64,000 nt of DNA from Octopus bimaculoides (lineage: Eukaryota), in assembly GCF_001194135.2 (NCBI RefSeq), contig NC_068982.1, positions 45,490,783 to 45,554,782 on the forward strand, given 5' to 3'. The notes under the pieces are model-generated. The model saw only the letters and a program-made list of their open reading frames with translations, did not search any database and was not told the origin of the DNA. A program made the translations under genes and the position numbers. Below, one piece after another: positions 62,474 to 64,000 of this stretch. The first letter of the stretch is position 1; the number at the start of each line of letters is the position of its first letter.

Positions 62474-62950
62474 TTGATCATTCCTAGGGCACTTACAACA
62501 ACAAAGATGGTTTTGGTTTTTAATTGCCACGTCTTAAATATTTCAATTTCAAAGTCCTTATGTCTCGACAGTTTCTGATATTCCTTTGCTGAGATGTTTC
62601 TATCAGAAGGCACTGTCATATCAATTAACATGTTTGTTTTTTCGTCTTAGGTCTTTGATGACGATGTCTGGTTGGTTATCATTTATTTGCTTGTCTGCAT
62701 GTATCTCATAATCCCATAGAATGGTAACGTTCTCTCCCTCGGAGTCTGGCTCTGGAAGGTGTTCATACCAATTTTTAGGGTGCGGGATATCGAAGTAACG
62801 GCTTACGTTCCAGTGAAAGTATTGGCCAACTCGATCATGCCTGGTCTTATATTCTGTAGGGGCAAGGACTGAGCAACCGGCAACAATGTGGTCAATACTC
62901 TTCAGTATTTCATTTCAAAGTCTACACTTTGTGTCTACTTCATTGTGTGT
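62474..62950 (-). mobile_element. R4/Dong-type LINE zinc knuckle plus restriction-like endonuclease domain, 5-prime truncated
   Basis: Reads KCRL..SIDHIVAGCSVLAPTEYKTRHDRVGQYFHW...ILWDYEIHADKQINDNQPDIVIKD...MLIDMTVPSDRNISAKEYQKLS...VVVSALGMIK. Confidence 0.9.
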
Positions 62951-62959
62951 GACATTAGC

Positions 62960-62998
62960 TTATCATTATTATTATTATTATTATCATCATCATCATCA

Positions 62999-63055
<57 letters not shown>

Positions 63056-63190
63056 TCATCATCATCATCATCATCATTATTGTTGTTGTTGTTGTTGTTA
63101 TTATCATTATCATTATCATTATTATTATAATTATAATTATTATAATTATTATAATTATTATTGTTGTTGTTGTTGTTGTTGCTGTTGTTC
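62960..63190. repeat. Compound trinucleotide microsatellite (TTA/TCA/TCG/TTG)
   Basis: Read directly from the sequence. It explains the poly-S/R/H ORFs in the track. Confidence 0.9.
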
Positions 63191-63611
63191 TTAAAAGGAG
63201 AAGTAATGGGAAGGGAAGGATGAGGAAGAGAAGATGGTGGAGGACATTAATGACACGTGTAAACAGATATGTATACGAGATACATCTCAAAGTTATATGC
63301 TTCATGATGTTCAGTTATCTTCCTGAGTGATATCCAGAAGTTATCGAAATGTCAAACTACAGTAACTTTATCATGCCTACAGCTTCATCTTCGTCTCCAT
63401 CGAAATATATCTTTCGTTTCCAAACAAAGACATCAGTGCATCGAAGCAAACGTTAGCTGATAAATAGCATAATTCCGAACAGATAAACTATTTATGAAAT
63501 AAGGATTGCTATTGTGCAAGCTCTGCATGCGTTCATTAACTATATAATTAGCAGTCATGTGATGTGCAGGTGTGTTTGTGTACAGCTGTGTGTTTGATTT
63601 TATGCAAGAAA

Positions 63612-63660
<49 letters not shown>

Positions 63661-63896
63661 TGCGTGTGTAAGTATATATTTATGTGTGTGTGTGTGTGAG
63701 TGTATGTGTGTATTTTTCTCTCTTCAGTTCTCACTCTCACAGCGAACACACATTCATACATACCTACATACATACAATTATGTGCATGTGTGCATGAACA
63801 CACACATACACACACACACTCACACACATATTACAGACAAGAAAGTTTGTGTAGAAAATGTTGTTGCATATATATATATATATGTGTGTATGTATG

Positions 63897-63951
<55 letters not shown>

Positions 63952-64000
63952 TACAAACAAGAAAGTTTGTGTAGAAAATGTTGTTGCATATATATATATA

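Noticed and set aside
63825-64000. About 120-bp tandem duplication at the window end
   Set aside because: The copies are near-identical and bounded by microsatellites, so it is probably slippage or an assembly artefact.

Overview
This is eukaryotic, AT-rich, repeat-saturated DNA with about 15 N-gaps, most of them next to microsatellites. The tRNA-derived SINE families, RTE and R4/Dong-type LINE relics, Penelope-like (PLE) relics and dense microsatellites strongly suggest a cephalopod (Octopus-like) genome; this is an inference from recognising repeat families, not a database result. I could not confidently identify any host protein-coding exon, intact gene, rRNA, true tRNA gene or CRISPR array. 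Almost all ORFs in the supplied track come from microsatellites, SINEs or N-runs. The recognisable coding material is decayed transposon sequence: a Tc1 DD34E element (50.9-52.1 kb), mariner relics, an R4-type LINE broken by a mariner insertion (58.7-63 kb), other R4 and RTE pieces, and a PLE ORF fragment (35.4-35.8 kb). The most interesting signals are: (i) a near-canonical type I hammerhead ribozyme (minus strand, 55666-55717) inside interleaved inverted repeats; (ii) a two-copy chimeric element with a tRNA-like Pol III head, an (AAT)n linker and a hammerhead-remnant tail, bracketed by inverted tail segments (21.4 and 52.4 kb); (iii) a young, roughly 1.07-kb multi-inverted PLE-style insertion in a (TATC)n tract (24.2-25.3 kb); and (iv) two unexplained decayed reading frames (14.4-14.7 and 39.8-40.3 kb). 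All coordinates were read by eye, and the boundaries of degenerate repeats are approximate.
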